Shown: positions 1-12,418 of the stretch, piece after piece
How positions within the stretch are numbered: the first letter of the stretch is position 1
How the letters are laid out: every line of letters begins with the position of its first letter
NCBI GenBank assembly: GCA_002633005.1
Contig: NMRA01000757.1
Location: forward strand, 1 to 64,000
Direction: 5' to 3'
Origin: Phoronis australis
Lineage: Eukaryota; Animalia; Phoronida
Length of the DNA: 64,000 nucleotides
Made by a program: the position numbers and the translations under genes
The notes under the pieces: generated by a model
Database searches by the model: none
What the model saw: only the letters and a program-made list of their open reading frames with translations
What the model was told of the DNA's origin: nothing

Positions 1-287
1 TCTAAATCCAACATTCTGTCCTCAACCTTAGAAAATCTATCAGAGAAGACTGTTTCCAAGCGAGTAGTTGACTCAATAATTAGGAACTTCAATTCGGACA
101 AGGTTACCGTTCCGTCAGAGTCTGAGCTGAGTTCTACCGGCGTGGAAACTGTCATGTCGGCCTCACAGTCACTGGCGATAGCAACATTTCCAGAGCTTTT
201 GCTAGTAGAAGCGCTTTCGTTCGGATTCGTCTCTTCTTGTATTGCGCTTTGAGAGCGAAGTGCTTTTCGTTGATTTCTACCCGGCAT
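1..287 (-). mobile_element. 5' end of a probable L1/Tx1-type LINE (ORF1p N-terminus), antisense within an MMAB intron; runs off the window edge
   Basis: Open frame from ATG at 287 to base 1: MPGRNQRKALRSQSAIQEETNPNESASTSKSS...VTLSELKFLIIESTTRLETVFSDRFSKVEDRMLDL. Basic N-terminus, low-complexity linker and start of a coiled coil resemble L1 ORF1p; GACTTCCGGTT on the minus strand at ~355-365 resembles L1 5' ends. Absent from the ORF track because it is truncated. Confidence 0.5.
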
Positions 288-1240
288 AGTTATCAAAAAT
301 ATTGACAAAATTCCCAAGAAGACCAATTAGAACGCCTTCATTGGCCGAGACCGGAACCGGAAGTCGCAAATTCCGTTCTTACCGCGGCGTTGCCGACGAC
401 GTTCACCTCGAAAAGCGGAAGTTGCTCTTTATGTTTCGGAGGAACGTAAATTGTCAACATTGCTGGGGCATCTGGGATAGCGTGGTGGGATTTTCAATGG
501 CGTCTCGTGTGATTGTAAACCGCGGTGACAAATACTACGGCTCTGCAGCCAAAAACGTGTGGGGGTGGGAGTTGAGGAGTGGATGGACGAGATAAAAAGA
601 CGCAGACACACGCTACTGATGGCGGTAACGTTTTTTTTTTAGTCCTACCGATTTTTGTCGGCGGAATGTTCATATTCGACTATTTCAAGGCTGGGTAGCG
701 CGCATGATTTGGGCCGTTAAAAGTTTCCGCATTTTTTGTCATTGGTCATTCCAAGCCCTGCTTATACAACTTTAGACTGATGTCTTGCCTGGCATTGTGG
801 TTTTTATTTTTTCTAGTAGATCGCAACGTCTTGGTCAACTTTTTGCCAAATTTATGGTTAATAAGTAATGTAAAATTTTTGCTGATCAGTTGTTTCCTGG
901 GGTGCATTGGATAGACACAAGTTTTTTGTGAAAAGGCAAGGTCACGTAAGTGAACAACGATTGTTTCATGGAGATGCTTGACACCTTGCTACCATTACTG
1001 AGCCAAATGGCAGCCAGTGATGTGATTGGTTGGTGAGGTTGGAATGTTGAATTATGGGATGGAATTCATAAAGAAAGGGACATAATTCACTGTCTATAAG
1101 CGAAGATTTCTGGCCACAAGTACATGGCTATTGTATTGGGTCTACCCCCTTCAGCCCTGATGTATGCGTTATAGGTATCAACTACTTTTGCATACTTGAA
1201 ATTAAACATGATATAGTAAAGCAAATAATGCTGTTTGTAG

Positions 1241-4200
1241 GGCGGCAGTCCAGCTGCGTGCTCCCTACATCTGGCTAGAGCAGTGTGCAGACGTGCTGAA
1301 AGGAGGTAAGAATGAACACGTTTCTCTTCTCTTTATGATGTTGATATAGTAATACAATCTGTTGTCCTGTATCCATGAGGGGCTAGGGGCTGTGTTGTAT
1401 CCATGAGGGGCTAGGGGCTGTGCTGTGCCCATGAGGGGCTAGGGGCTGTTCTTTACCCATGAGGAGCTAGGGGCTGTGCTGTGTCCATGATGCCCTGGGG
1501 CATGTGTTGTATCCATGGGGGCTAGGGGATGGGTTGTATCCATGAGGGGCTAGGGGATGTTCTTTCAGCTCAGGGCTGTTACTGTGTGCTAATTGTGCAT
1601 TCTTATGTTGGTTTCTTATGAAAACCTATGAAGTTTTATCAATAGGTGGCGCCACATGGTACGACCTCGATGAGTGTTTTTATAGGTTTGCCAAGTGCAT
1701 AATGACATGTATTAAATGTATACCTGCAACAAGGCACATGAAAGACTTGGTCAAGAGACCAAGTCCTATCCAGTGCTGCTGTGGCATTTGATTGTAATAG
1801 TCTCAATCATAAAACCTAAAATTACTTGGAAATACTGCATAAAAACTCACAGTATTCCACTTGACTGGTAACATTGTATCAAGTGTATTTTGAAATCACT
1901 GTACATTGGCAACTTAGTGATGTTTCTGCTCACCCAATGAACAGCTGTAAATGTACCAGTGACCCATCTTAAGTTTTTACCTGACCCCAGATCTTGTTTG
2001 CTTCGAGTTATGTGATGTGAGAATTGTACAATAGGTGTCGCTGCCTAATGTAAGATTTCTTGTTACTACTTTGGCAAACAAGGTTGTATTAGTCAGTTCG
2101 TTTTTATAAATCAACTTTCTGTTGAACTGTGTAATGGAACCGGATTTTCGGTCTACGTGACTATTAATATATCAAAGATATCTTTTTAGTGCTTGCTGCC
2201 CAACAGTCAAGCAAAGAATAAAATTTAGTCAAACATTTTTCTGTCACATTGACAAGTCAACAGAAAATCCAAAAATTGTGTTTGGATTTCATTCATTCAC
2301 AATGTTCACTGGCATAGGCAAATTCCATTAGGGGGAGCCAAATGTCTAATTTTGGCAACAGGGTGGAGGGTGGCTGAAATGTGTGGCAATCTGTGGTCAG
2401 TTCGTAATGTGAACAAGGGGTGAGGGGGCCAAACGCAAGTGAATTGAGTTTCGATCAGGGGAAGGCTTTTTTGTAAGGCACTGGGGAGCATGGTCCCATT
2501 GTGAGCCCCGCGGCTATGCCAGTGTTTATGGTGCTCAAGTTTGGGTGTATGTCCAAGAAAAGACAAAATATTCAAAATCTTTGATTAGGTCATTGAAAGT
2601 TTCAGTTTGGACAATTAGGTTTGTAACAGCCGCAGTGGACTCAAAACTCCAAAAGTCTCAGGTCGCTCTACATGTCAGAATAAAGTTGGCTTTTTAAAGC
2701 TGTATTTTGCCTTGTCTGGCTGATAGAAAACAAAAGCTGAATTACCCTTTTAGGTTAATAACATTGGTGTCATATTCCACAATTCTTTTTTTGTTACCGG
2801 TGGTTGATTTAAGGGAGGGGGCCATGCCACTAAAATTCTCCTGGATTCCATTTGGCAGTACGGGGGTCATTTTGCGAATGTCTGATGGGCAAAATCCTGG
2901 CTAATACTCTGCCCTGCCCCCCCCCCCCCNAACCCTGGATGCGCCCCTGGTTACCAAGGAAAACACTTCAGGGTTTACTGGAGTCAGCCTACCCTACAAT
3001 TCTGGATTCAAAAATTACTTATGGACACATTGCCTCCGACTTGAGTTGCCTGCTTATTCAGCAATAATTCATGATCAGATAAGTGTGGTAATGTTTTTAA
3101 ACAGCTTAACAGGGGCGAAATGCAACTTTGAAATTTAGGGATACTACCATCCACTCGTTTTTCTGGATATAAAATTGTCTTTTGAGTTCAAGTTGTTTTA
3201 CCATAAATCACTTCTGGTGTTTCTCTGATATGACAGCTTGATTGGAAAGAACCTTTTTAATGAATCCTAAACAAAACAAACAGAACACAATTGACCTAAA
3301 CAAATGAAAAGTGTCTTTGTTTTAACATGTGATATCTAAACAAATAAACGTGATACATAAACACTTCTGTGACAGCTAAATGGTACTGCTGTTTGCAGGC
3401 CTGTCTATTTGAAACCGTCAACAGAAAGGAGACTTCATTTGCCTGGATTTTTAACAACAGGTTCCAGCTGAGGTTTAGAGTGTGATGTAACCTTGTTTAT
3501 TCCTCTGAGATCATAGCCTTTGTGATGACAGTTAAAACAATAGACAAACACTGTGCAGTGTTTGTCTGGTCACCACCCCACCACTCAGCTGTGGTCACTT
3601 GATGTCTGTGAGCCCAAGTGGTCACATGTCATTAAGAACTCATTTCCCAGCTTTAATTATTTGTTTAGTGTGTCATCAAATATACATTACCCCCAACTTA
3701 AGTGTCTTGCTCACAAGCCTAGCCATTAGGCAAGTGTTCCCTCTTATGGAGGGAAAGACAACTGCCATTGTCTGACACATCACCATTTGCTCAGGAGTTG
3801 TGGTGTGGTTAGAAAAATATTCTCATATTTGCGTAGACTTGGCATTGAATACTGGCAACTTTCATTTCCAGCAACTTGTAAGGAGGTGAAGGTTTTATTT
3901 TTCTTTTTGCATTGGACAGTCTTTAATCAGAGGTTCATTTCTTTCTCACTTCCTAAAAACCTTGAAATTGACAGATTAACTGTAACAAAATGGTAGCAAA
4001 ATTCTCTTTGCCTCGGAAACTAGGTATTGATGTCTACCATTAAAAGTAGTTTAAAGAAGAGGTCACTTATAACTGATGTATAGCCAGCACGGGGTCATCT
4101 AGCATTTCAAAACTAGCCAGTCAAAATGGATTTTCCAAATTCTCAGGGCATCCCCAACCAATGCCTCTTGACTGTGTTTTATGATGTCCTGTCAGATTGC

Positions 4201-7200
4201 TGTTATAATGTGGTATGTTCCTGTGGAGGTATGGGTCTGTAATAAAGTTTGTTGTATCTTACATCATATCTTAAACTAAGTTTTTTATTCTAGACAGGCC
4301 AATGAGAGTTGGCTGCAAAATTAAGAGAGACACAAGCTATAAGCACTTAACAGAGTGTCCTAGATTAGCTCTCGTTTGGCACCCTGTATTCCACCACCTA
4401 GCATTAGAAAAGTTGTTCTGCCCAATCAAAATGTATGGCTTGCTCACATCCTTTACTTACTGGTCTTCTGGTCAGTTCAGACACGGAAATAATTTTCAGT
4501 CTTACGGAAAGTTTTGGGACCTATTTTGTGTCTGTTGGTTCATAATGAGGTAATGCACAGTGAATGAGATCATGGAATTACAGGAACATTTCACCAATTT
4601 ATAACACAATATGGCAGACTAAGGAAATTTTATTTTGAGATTTTACGGTATTTCTTTAACCCTGGAAGTTTTGAACAATCTTTGATGGGGTGGGGCTAAA
4701 GGTGGGTAAATGACCAGCCGACTTTTTTGAGGGACAAAGTCTCCCCGTTTAATAAATACAGAGGAAAAGGTGTCATTTGGTTGGATCAGTGAAAGAGGCA
4801 ATTTTAGCTTACAAATTTGTTTTAAATTCATGCGATTTTCCCCTGTAGGTATTCTGTATTGAGTTGGAATCACATGGTGACAGTATTATGCATGTTATGC
4901 CCAATGGTGTGAAATCACATGATCACAGTACTAAACATTAGGTGTGAAATTACATAATCATATTGGGGCAAAATCATATTACAGTATTGTACATTTCGTT
5001 TGAAGTAGTAGAATAATAACAGAATTGTAGAACCTTGACAGAGGTCTGTCATCTTCTATAGATTTGGCTTCTTTTCCACCAGATACACTTTGGTGTAGCT
5101 CTGTGATCTTCAATAGATTTTACTGGTTTTTCATCAAATACACTTTGGTGGAGGTCTATGACCTTCTATAGATTTTAATGCTTTTCCACCAGATACACTG
5201 TCAATGAACGGACAGAATGTGTTGCTGGAGAGATTATTGAAATTATATAGATTGCCCAGTGAAAGAAATCATTTCGTTTGAAAATACAAAAACAAAATTA
5301 AGCTGGTTCCAGAGGCGCAGTGTTGAATGACAAAACTGAAATTTCATTGCCTTGGCTTAGGAGTGCTGTAATTTCCAGGTTGCTGTGCCCAGTTGCATGA
5401 AAAAGTCTCAAATAGGGACTCAACTATGTTCTCTAAAATTTAAGGCTTATTTCAGCACTTTTGAAAACATCGATTACCCTTTCTTGTATTATTGTTTTAG
5501 TTTCATTACTAAGTCAACTTTTGACTTTGATGCAAATCGAGAGTGAACTCTTTGTTGAATTGTATGTATTATCGAAAACAATTAGGGATCTTTTCATGCA
5601 ACACCTGTAATTTAAGTACTGAGTCCTTATTTATTTTCAATGAACTCTAGGCTCAGTTTTAGTTATATTATTAGAAAATGTCATTAATCAAAGAGGAGCT
5701 CATAATAAAGATGAAAGGATGGAAAATTATTGCACCTGTAAGTCCATAAAGACACAAATACGCAAAAAGACTTTAGGGACCTTAGTTGAGTTCCTATTTG
5801 GGACTGTTTCATTCAACTGGCCACTGGATTCCCATTTGAGTAAGCAGGTATAATAATTATTTATGTTGGTATGGATTACATTTTCTTCACTATCTCTGGT
5901 TCTCATTTCATGGTCTGCTGAGTTATTGGAAATTTTCACTTGTGTTCTGTTCACACCAAAGCAGTTACAACTTTTAAACCCAATTTAAAGTTTATAACTC
6001 TGTGGTCAGAGCACTTAAAACAGGTTTTAAAAGTTGTAACTGTGGTGCTGTTATAACTCTCTGGTCTGAGCACTTGAAACAGATTTTAAAAGGTGTAACT
6101 GTGGTGGTGTTGTAACCCTGTGTGAGGTTGGTGTAACGAGAGGTTGTAATTGTTGTAACTTGGTGGGAATGCAGCAGTTGTAAAAGTTAGAACTCTGTAG
6201 GTGGCACTGCTGTCAAATCTCTCTGGAAATGATGTCACACTGAGGCTGGAGTGAGAAATACCACTGGTGACTAGTGACTAAAACCATGATCTAGGGTTAT
6301 TGGTGAACAGTCATGATTACATCACACTTACACCTGGTTCTGGTTAGTCTGAACACAACTTGAGTCATGCCATGTTTAGCCCTGGTCTCTCTAGTCCAAT
6401 GGGGACATTGAGACTCACAAGGTAGGTGGCACTAGTGCAGCCAGGCACCTAATCACAGAAAGCCCTGCTATTGGCTAATTACGGAGAGCCCTTATCCCAC
6501 AAGTGCTCTTTACTGATGAGCTGTTTGCTGTTCTGAATCCATTCAGACGTAAAAAGAAAGGCCTTGACCTTCATTAAAGGCGAAGGCAACCTTTTTTCAT
6601 GTCATTTTTAGCAAAAATTAGGTTAGTTGGTTATCCCAGACATATTTTCATCTTAATTACAGCTTTTCATAATTTAACTAAATATTCGTTCTCTACTCCA
6701 GAAGTGACGTTTTGGGTGGCAAGCATTTCCCCGCCAATTTATTTTCATCTAGTCTGACTATGAGAGCTGTCGCGTCAGTCAGTGATCTACCTCCGTTGTG
6801 ATAAGTTCGGTTGTCGTTTGCTTTTGTTTACGAGTCAGTCAACATGCCACACTGTTGCTGCGTACCGGGATGTACTCATGGCCCAAAGCCTGTAAGCAGC
6901 CCTGCTGCGATGTTGAGTAGTGGGAGTGAATACAGGTCCAGTCAGTGACGGAGTATAGTTCGTCGTTCAATGAACAGATCGGTGAGCCAAACTTTGATAA
7001 GTTTATTGTGGACTTGTCTAAAGTATTGGAGCTATTTAGAAGGTGCCAGGTGTCTGGCGAGGGAGTCACACGGCGGGGTGTAAGCAGTTTGTATGCTCAG
7101 GTCACTGTCCAGTGGGAGTGTGTCGCGGTACATTCGGGCAAATGGGACAGTTGTTCCTCTGTCCGTGAGACAATAATGAGTACATCCCGGTACGCAGCAA

Positions 7201-9310
7201 CAGTGTGGCATGTTGACTGACTCGTAAACAATATCAAACGATGACCGAACTTATCACAATCGAGATAGAACAATGACCGACTCGGCAGCTCTCACAGTCC
7301 GACTACATGAAAAGAAATTGGCGCGAAATGCTTGCTTCCCAAAACGTCACTTCCAGAGTAGAGAACGAATAATTAATTAAATTACAAAAAGCTGTAATTA
7401 AGTGGAAAATTTGTCTGGGATAACCAACGAACCTTATTTTTGCTAAAAAAACACATGAAAAAGGGTTGCCTTCGCCTTTAATACCTGGACCTTTCATAAG
7501 CGAGTCTCCCATGATTAATTATGGAAATGAGTTCAGCTGGAGAGCTACTACATGTTGTTGAAATGAATTAATTTACTGGACTATAAAAAGTGACCCTTCA
7601 GGAATTGACACTTAGCATACTGTCAACTCACCAAATGCAATCTGACAAAATTCCAAAAATGGTAACTGAGGTCATCAAATCAAAAAAAACATCAGATCAA
7701 AAAAAAACATTTTTTAAGTCGAGCGGAAAGATATCCCACATAGGCCTACCTCCCAAGGTACATGTCACTCATACATGACTCGTAAGTGAACCCAACTTTT
7801 ATCTGCTTGCTTTCCATCATATTTTGATTGTGCGCTCGGATGTGTGTTCTTGGTTACTTCGTGGTGATTTGAGATTTTTACCACACAATGTCTGAGATCG
7901 CATTGCCGAGCTGAAGGTGTCTGGCTCTCTCGTTAGGACTCTCTCTGGTTCAGCCTTACTCGTATTCATTTGGGAACAACATGACGGGACTATGTAGGAC
8001 TGATTACTTTCACAGTATCCCTTTTAAGTCCAAACCACCCCTGATCTTTGTTTGGAAATGAAAGAGAAAATGTGATTAAGATGGTGTAGGGCTAAAATGC
8101 TGTTGGTGAAAACAGTACAGTGTTATACTTTTAATGTGAAAACAGTACAGTGTTATACTTTTAATGTGAAAACAGTACAGTGTTATACTTTTAATGTGAA
8201 ACAGTACAGTGTTATACTTTTAATGTGAAAACAGTACAGTGTTATACTTTTAATGTGAAAACAGTACAGTGTTATACTTTTAATGTGAAAACAGTACAGT
8301 GTTATACTTTTAATGTTTTAAGAGATTAAATTCATTTGATTGGTAAAACAGTACAGTGTTATACTTTTAATGTTTTAAGAGATTAAATTCATTTGATTGG
8401 TAAAACAGTACAGTGTTATACTTTTAATGTTTTAAGAGATTAAATTCATTTGATTGGTAAAACATCTTCCTTGGACTTTCTTTTTTTCCTGGGAATGCTA
8501 ATGGAATGGTGTCTGGTATCAGGTTGTCAGTGTTGCCTGCAGACGTGGCCTCTGTGAGTTGAGTGTATGTGTTACTGTTACAGATTAGTTGGGCTGACCT
8601 TACCAGTTCACATGTGGTCTACATTATATTCCAGACATATGTGAGCACTGCAATCATAACATTATATTTCAGAGTTGTCCCCCTTGTTCGGGAAGGTGAA
8701 ACGGAACCTGAAGTTATGAAATACCTGAACAGGTTTGTCACTCAAAAATGACGAATTGAATCAATGCGGTAACAAGTCCTCAATTTGGGACAAAAACAAT
8801 TGTTAAAATAGCCATTTTCTATTTTTCATGGATTTCTACATCGCGACATAAGCTAAAAATTTTACCAAATTTTTTTGGTGCTTGCATCCTAGTTCCATGT
8901 CAGTTATACCATGCTAAAATCTGTGTAAAATTTCTTGAAAGTCCTTTTTTGGTGAGAAATTTTAGTGAAATAAAATTTTATTTGGCACTCATATTCTGTA
9001 CCAAACTGAATTTTTGCCGCAACTCTTTTCATTGCAACTTTTGATACAATTAGGCAATTAAAATGTTCATCTTTCAAACAGTATCCCCATTTTACAGCTC
9101 AACATGGTCTTGCCAGTTTTATTAAATACGTCATTTTAAAAATGTCATTATGTCTTAGCTAAAAATATTTTCAATCATATATTGTGCAGATTGTACGTTA
9201 CATTAATTTTTTTCAGGTTGAGTGACTTCCTTTTCACCGCTGCGCGTTTCACACACTTGACTGAAGGGGGCAGTGAAGTGCTGTACAGACCAGTTGCTCC
9301 CAAAACATGA
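1241..9310 (+). CDS. MMAB: Cob(I)alamin (corrinoid) adenosyltransferase, last three coding exons: 1241-1305, 8673-8732, 9217-9310; upstream exons lie outside the window
   Basis: Spliced translation GGSPAACSLHLARAVCRRAERRVVPLVREGETEPEVMKYLNRLSDFLFTAARFTHLTEGGSEVLYRPVAPKT* carries the PduO/MMAB motifs RAVCRRAER and LNRLSDxLF. All junctions are GT-AG, phases 0/2/2; the 65- and 60-bp exons match my recollection of vertebrate exon sizes. Confidence 0.95.
1369..1565. repeat. Minisatellite, ~28-bp unit (GTATCCATGAGGGGCTAGGGGCTGTGTT) x ~7
   Basis: Directly visible degenerate tandem copies. Confidence 0.9.
2307..2524. mobile_element. MITE-like element with 11-bp terminal inverted repeats CACTGGCATAG...CTATGCCAGTG
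   Basis: Perfect 11-bp TIRs and GC-richer interior; no clear TSD. Confidence 0.5.
2798..2949 (-). mobile_element. MITE family A, copy 1 (CAG(G/T)GGCGGAT termini, ~150 bp)
   Basis: Shares the core GGGCAGAGTATTAGCCAGGATTTTGCCC with four other copies in the window; flanked by GTTAC on both sides. Confidence 0.8.
5041..5199. repeat. Diverged tandem repeat, ~55-bp unit x3
   Basis: TTCTATAGATTT...TTTTCCACCAGATACACT recurs three times. Confidence 0.75.
6578..7477 (+). mobile_element. Non-autonomous Kolobok-type DNA transposon with ~300-bp TIRs and a transposase remnant
   Basis: TTAA|AGGCGAAGGCAACC...GGTTGCCTTCGCCT|TTAA (TTAA TSD, AGG..CCT ends); 6578-6879 is an imperfect reverse complement of 7176-7477. 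The spacer reads KFIVDLSKVLELFRRCQVSG...VTVQWEC..VHSGKWDS, resembling the Kolobok transposase zinc-ribbon region. Confidence 0.8.
8106..8464. repeat. Compound minisatellite: 30-bp unit x7 followed by a 57-bp unit x~2.6 containing the same core
   Basis: Core AAAACAGTACAGTGTTATACTTTTAATG; copies nearly identical. Confidence 0.95.
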
Positions 9311-10721
9311 CCAATGTTAGGTAAAAGTTTGACCTTACAAGTGAGCCACTGACGGCATTGTGTCGTTTTGTAGCATTCACGCTGCAAGGATTAGAGAAAT
9401 ATGGTCAGGTTTCTTCAATTTAATATGCAACATGACGGAATAGTGAAATTTTATTTCATCAAAACTTTCAACTGAAGTAAAGTTAACATGAAGGAAACTT
9501 TACTTAAATATTTGGAGAGTTCACATTGTGCAGCTGTTGTCATCAAATACATGTCAAGATTTTGAGCATTTTAACAATGCTGTGAGATTCTGATAAGTAG
9601 AAAAATAGCAATTTTGGTGGTTACTTGTATTTAAATTTGACGAAAATTTACTAAATGTACTAAAGTGTACTCATTCTTCAGTTTAGGCCTGAATATGGCA
9701 GAAAATTTAAATATTGTCGATGAAATTTTTCTACTAAAATTACTGTGAGAATAGTTGTCAATGTGCTTTATGTGGTAAACATTGGGTAAAATTTCACGCT
9801 TTTGCAGCAATACAGAAATTGTTAATTTTAGCAATTCCTTGATCCCAAATTGAAGAATTTATATCAATTTTTTAATATCACACTGAATCCTTGCCATATC
9901 ATTTTTTTCCTTTGTTCTATGTGGGATCACTTTTACTTGGCGTTTTTATGACTGTCTAGTGGCGATTCCATGTTTGTTGTTCAATAGAAACTGTATGTAC
10001 AAGTGGCCTTGTAGTGAAGAAGTTCATAAAGCAAGAGGTTGGGCACATAGTCCTGAGGCATGAGGGAAATTGTTCATGTTACTAGACACAAGGTGATGCA
10101 TAGTTAAGACTCCTGAGGTGTGTATTGTCGAACATGGTACACTTGGTGGTAGCTAGACAGTGGTAAGGGCCCTCCATTGCCAAGCTAACTTTGGTCTTTA
10201 TGAGAGCAAAGTGTTGCAGCAGCTCGCTGTACAACCATGTGCATATAATTATGTCAATTGTTCGCTTACTTAACATACAAGATGGCTGACAAGTTAAATT
10301 TTATTTTGTTATAATTCTCCACAAAGTAAAGGTTAAGAACATTTCATTGTCGTGAGCATGGTTAACAGTGTACAGTTGTCGCAAAAAAAATCTTTGCTAA
10401 TATTCCCAATATTTGGAAAAAAGGTAATAAGTCGTTGAAAAATTGAAAATAATGAATTTGACAATTATTTTTGTGCTAAATAAGTGAAGAAATTCCATAC
10501 GGTCTTCATGTAATTAGCAAAAACCAAAGAACTGATGATCTTGGTTACAATTAGACATACGGCCTCTGATAAAATGGGGCTATATTTATAAAAGTCTCAA
10601 AGCAAAGGATTTGTGTATTGCTTCATAATGTATTATTAGAACAGTTGGTGTCTGCAGGAGTGGTTACTTGTATCATATAAAATTATTTGAAAATATCACA
10701 CTTGCATGGTAATGTAAATCA

Positions 10722-10727
10722 TTTATT
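10722..10727 (-). promoter_or_regulatory. Candidate polyadenylation signal (AATAAA) of the SBSPON-like gene, implying a ~1.7-kb 3' UTR
   Basis: TTTATT on + strand at the end of a tract that is U/G-rich on the minus strand; inferred only. Confidence 0.35.
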
Positions 10728-12418
10728 CTAAAAGGTGAAAACTACATGCCAAAACACTTACAGGAATAATATTCTTTTTACAACTTCTTACATAACAATA
10801 CAAGTGGGGGGTTCAGTATGCGTTGCAAAGAAGCAGGAACATATTGTTTAAAAATTTAAAATGTACTCTGCAATTCAACAAAGTCTAAAATCAACTGTGA
10901 TGATGTTGATACCTTGAAATTATTAGACATTACAGAACCCCTAAACACATCTATACTGTTATGCTGGAGATCGGGGCAACATGGCGCAGGATGATCGTCA
11001 ACTGTAGCTGCAACACTAAATGTCACGTCTCGTGCAAAGGTCGACATATAACGCGAGATCAAAACATCCAAATGACACGTATAAAAATCTCTAGTATATA
11101 AATACATAATGTTAACTCTAAGTACACATGGCAGTTTCAAAGCTGGAATTTAACAAGAAAGCAAATGCTAAATTCTTGCTCTTGGGCTAATATCTACAAT
11201 ACAACAGTATGCATATATAAATAATACATAAAATAAACTTTCCACATGACCAAATGTGTACTCTTGGTCTAGGAACTTTTTGTTAACATTTCCTCTGGTT
11301 GCTTTAGAATACAGAAGTAAAAATGCTTGATGTAGACAATAACGAAAAAGTTTTCAACTATCTATGGTTATGGAAGACAACATTTACAAAACAAAGCACC
11401 AGGTAATAACATCCAGGTTGTATCAGCAACTAGCATTATCTTCACTTTTTGTTTTGCATAAAACATTAGTCTGCATGATTAAAAAACACCAGTTAATGTT
11501 TTGCAGTCATCAGTTAAACGGTGATCAAAAGTTGTTTGTTTTCAGCAGATCTAGTTTTCTATCTATTATGGCTGTACAAACAATTCTGTAGAAACAAAAA
11601 GGTGTAATTTCAAGTCGAGACATCGTGTCACAGTTCAGGACTGAGTTGCGAACAACCAAGACACTGGTGAGAACAGCAAGTCTCATTGCATGCTTTGTTT
11701 GTAATGCATGGAGTTATCTCGCGAAAACTTGCGAGATCTTGCATTTTCAGGAGATTCTTACATCTGCAGAAAGCAACCCAGACTTCCAATTAAACATTAG
11801 AGTTAAGATGACTGGAGAAAAGTATAGCTGCAAGTAAACTAAACTACTTCAATTGAAATAGTTTGGCAAACAACTTCTTCGTCAAATCATTTAACTATAG
11901 AACCCTCTATTTTCTAAATTGTCTGCATGGTACTGCATCGTGGGTAACTGTACCTAGCTACAACCCCTCATGGCAAATTAATGGCTCTATAACATTTTAC
12001 CCTTGCACACCTTGACATAAGGCACCAAGATGCTCTTTTCTGTTTTTCTCATTTACACAACTAACAACCCTTAATGATACTTATATGACCTCTACCCTTC
12101 CATATTGTGTAACGTGGAATTTTGTTCCAGCTTTTCACCTCTTCATAGACCACACCCTAGGCTGAATCTTTCATTCAACACTGAATCAAAGGCTTTGCCT
12201 CTTTCCAAAACAAATGAGCATGATATTTGGTGGGTAATCTGCTAGATATTTGTGTTGTCCCTGAAATACTTCTAATGGCAGTAGTTTAGTGTATACTGTT
12301 CTAAGTAGAATGGAAAACTTAATACTGCCTGTATCACGCATGGAGTTTTATCGAATTATCTCACTCACTAATAGAAAACAAATGAGTGGGATTTTTAACA
12401 AACAACCAATAAAAATGC

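Noticed and set aside
571-624. VEEWMDEIK resembles MMAB's LEQWIDKY, suggesting the preceding MMAB exon
   Set aside because: The conserved LPPLxxFILP motif is missing and the spacing to the donor is wrong; probably coincidence.
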